Part shown: in pieces, positions 62,600-64,000 of the stretch
Layout: each line of letters begins with the position of its first letter
Position numbering within the stretch: position 1 is the stretch's first letter
Origin: Camelus dromedarius
Lineage: Eukaryota
Assembly (NCBI RefSeq): GCF_036321535.1
Contig: NC_087436.1
Span: forward strand, 74,464,001 to 74,528,000
Reading direction: 5' to 3'
Length of the DNA: 64,000 bases
Position numbers and translations under genes: made by a program
The notes under the pieces: model-generated
Databases searched by the model: none
Told to the model about the DNA's origin: nothing
What the model saw: only the letters and a program-made list of their open reading frames with translations

Positions 62600-63800
62600 G
62601 AATTAATGGCAAAGCAATCTGAACTTGAAAAAAAGTAGCAAAAGGAGATGAATGCAATCCAATAGATATTGATAGATGAGGTAGCAAGGAACTTATGACT
62701 GAAATAAGAAAGTTTTATCTCATTCAAAAGGAACAAGTTTACAAGAAGAATGATGAGGGTGCAATGTAACCCCATGCACTAGAGAATTATTCAGCTGGTG
62801 GACATTGTTGATGGTAGAATGATGGGGAGCAAATGGGCTGAGATAAAATGTGAGAATATAGAAGTGATATTGCTGTCAGAGTATACAGGTATGTATGTAT
62901 AATTCTATTCCAACTTAGAGGCAATGTATCTAGTAGTTGAAGGGACTTCAACTACATACATTTTCTACATACAACTACATACATAGAAAAAGGTATTGTG
63001 GTATAGCCAGATACCACAATAACTGGCTATGGCAAGAAAGGAATTATCTGAGAATTAGAGATGCCAGTATTATGGGAACTGACTCAGCTCCAGGGCTGGC
63101 TGCCAAGGAGAGTGACCATCAGGCCAAGTCATCTTACTCCAGGGAGAATGTCACTTCACAGGATGCTCCTTAATGAGATCAGATTTTAAAAAGAGCATGT
63201 ATTAAAGAGTAGCACAAGCCTACAAGGATTGATACTTTCTTGTAGGTTTAGATAATTTTTGCTTTTACAAATAATACCACGAAATTTTCAAAATGTATTG
63301 CTTGTCAAGTAAGACTTGCCACAAGAGGATGAAAAGAAAGGATGAAAGTCACCATGTGGTACTGATGATATGCTATCAGATGGCAAAGAAAAGTCAAACC
63401 TCCTTAACTTTTATTTGTCTCCTCTCTCAAAGAGAGTAATCTTTTAAAAATTAAAAATGTAGTGTAAACATGATTAAAAGGCTACTGAAATCCAATGTGG
63501 TAAATGAACAACCGATTGTTTTAAGTGAGTTAAACTTTCTAGGACTAAAATGAATTATCCATGAAAGACTTTGTGTAAGTGATTGTAGAATCAATATTAG
63601 CCAGCTTTGGGAAACCAGAGAAAAATAAGAAATGCCAAAGATTGAAGAAGGGCAAATATTATCCTGATTTTCAAATAGAATAAAAAGTATCATGAGCAGG
63701 GTAGAGTTTGAGAATTATTGGTAAATTTAACATTGGCTAGAATGAGTTTTTAAACAACTGTTTTAACAACAGGGAAAGAAGGAGATTGAGTTTATGAGTG
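62600..63800 (+). mobile_element. Ancient L3/CR1 LINE ORF2 remnant (endonuclease to start of RT)
   Basis: Degenerate motifs in CR1 order: MAKQSELE (MGNKQEELE-like, 62606), LFKRN-like (~62720), (G)DFNY at 62941-62955, ESDH at 63108-63119, and gattgaagaagggcaaatattatcctgattttcaaa (DWRRANVVPIFK-like, ~63640). Confidence 0.65.
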
Positions 63801-64000
63801 ACAATTTTGATTTTTTTTTCATTTCCATATATATCAAAGTCTTAGTGGAAAAAAATTACTGCAGATGTTTCAAATGAAAAAAGAATCTTACATAAAGGGA
63901 TTACTTTAGAACTGTAAACACTTGTTAGTCTGGAATTATCAGCTGATCAGCAATATGAGCATCACCTGGGAGCTTGATGGAACTAAAGACTATCAGGTGC

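Noticed and set aside
1..64000. CRISPR arrays, operons, rRNA/snRNA genes, exons of SHROOM3 or SEPTIN11, or a novel multi-gene system
   Set aside because: None recognisable. The window is mammalian intergenic DNA around one single-exon gene, and the short ORFs in the track are repeat-derived or random.

Overview
Mammalian genomic DNA, very probably camelid (alpaca/llama/camel), because it carries about ten copies of a tRNA-derived SINE matching camelid Vic-1, plus artiodactyl-type L1 3' ends. I recognised no Alu, B1, PRE-1 or Bov-tA. The only protein-coding gene is the intronless ankyrin-repeat gene SOWAHB (ANKRD56; 32844..30442, minus strand, 800 aa). It has a CpG-island promoter (~31820-33530) and a ~1.5 kb 3'UTR ending near an AATAAA at 28971-28966. 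In other mammals SOWAHB lies between SHROOM3 and SEPTIN11; I see no exons of either gene here. The remainder is intergenic and dominated by interspersed repeats: L1, L2, L3/CR1, MIR, Vic-1-like SINEs, MaLR/ERVL/ERV LTRs, MER2, Charlie1 and MER5. Repeat subfamily names come from my recall of consensus sequences, not a database search. I found no convincing new multi-gene system. The best second-look items are the SOWAHB leader (two uATGs, one uORF overlapping the start, G-tracts), a tail-less L1 ORF1 fragment captured inside an L2, several nested or ultra-short retroelement insertions with exact TSDs, perfect palindromes, and a few dense transcription-factor motif clusters.
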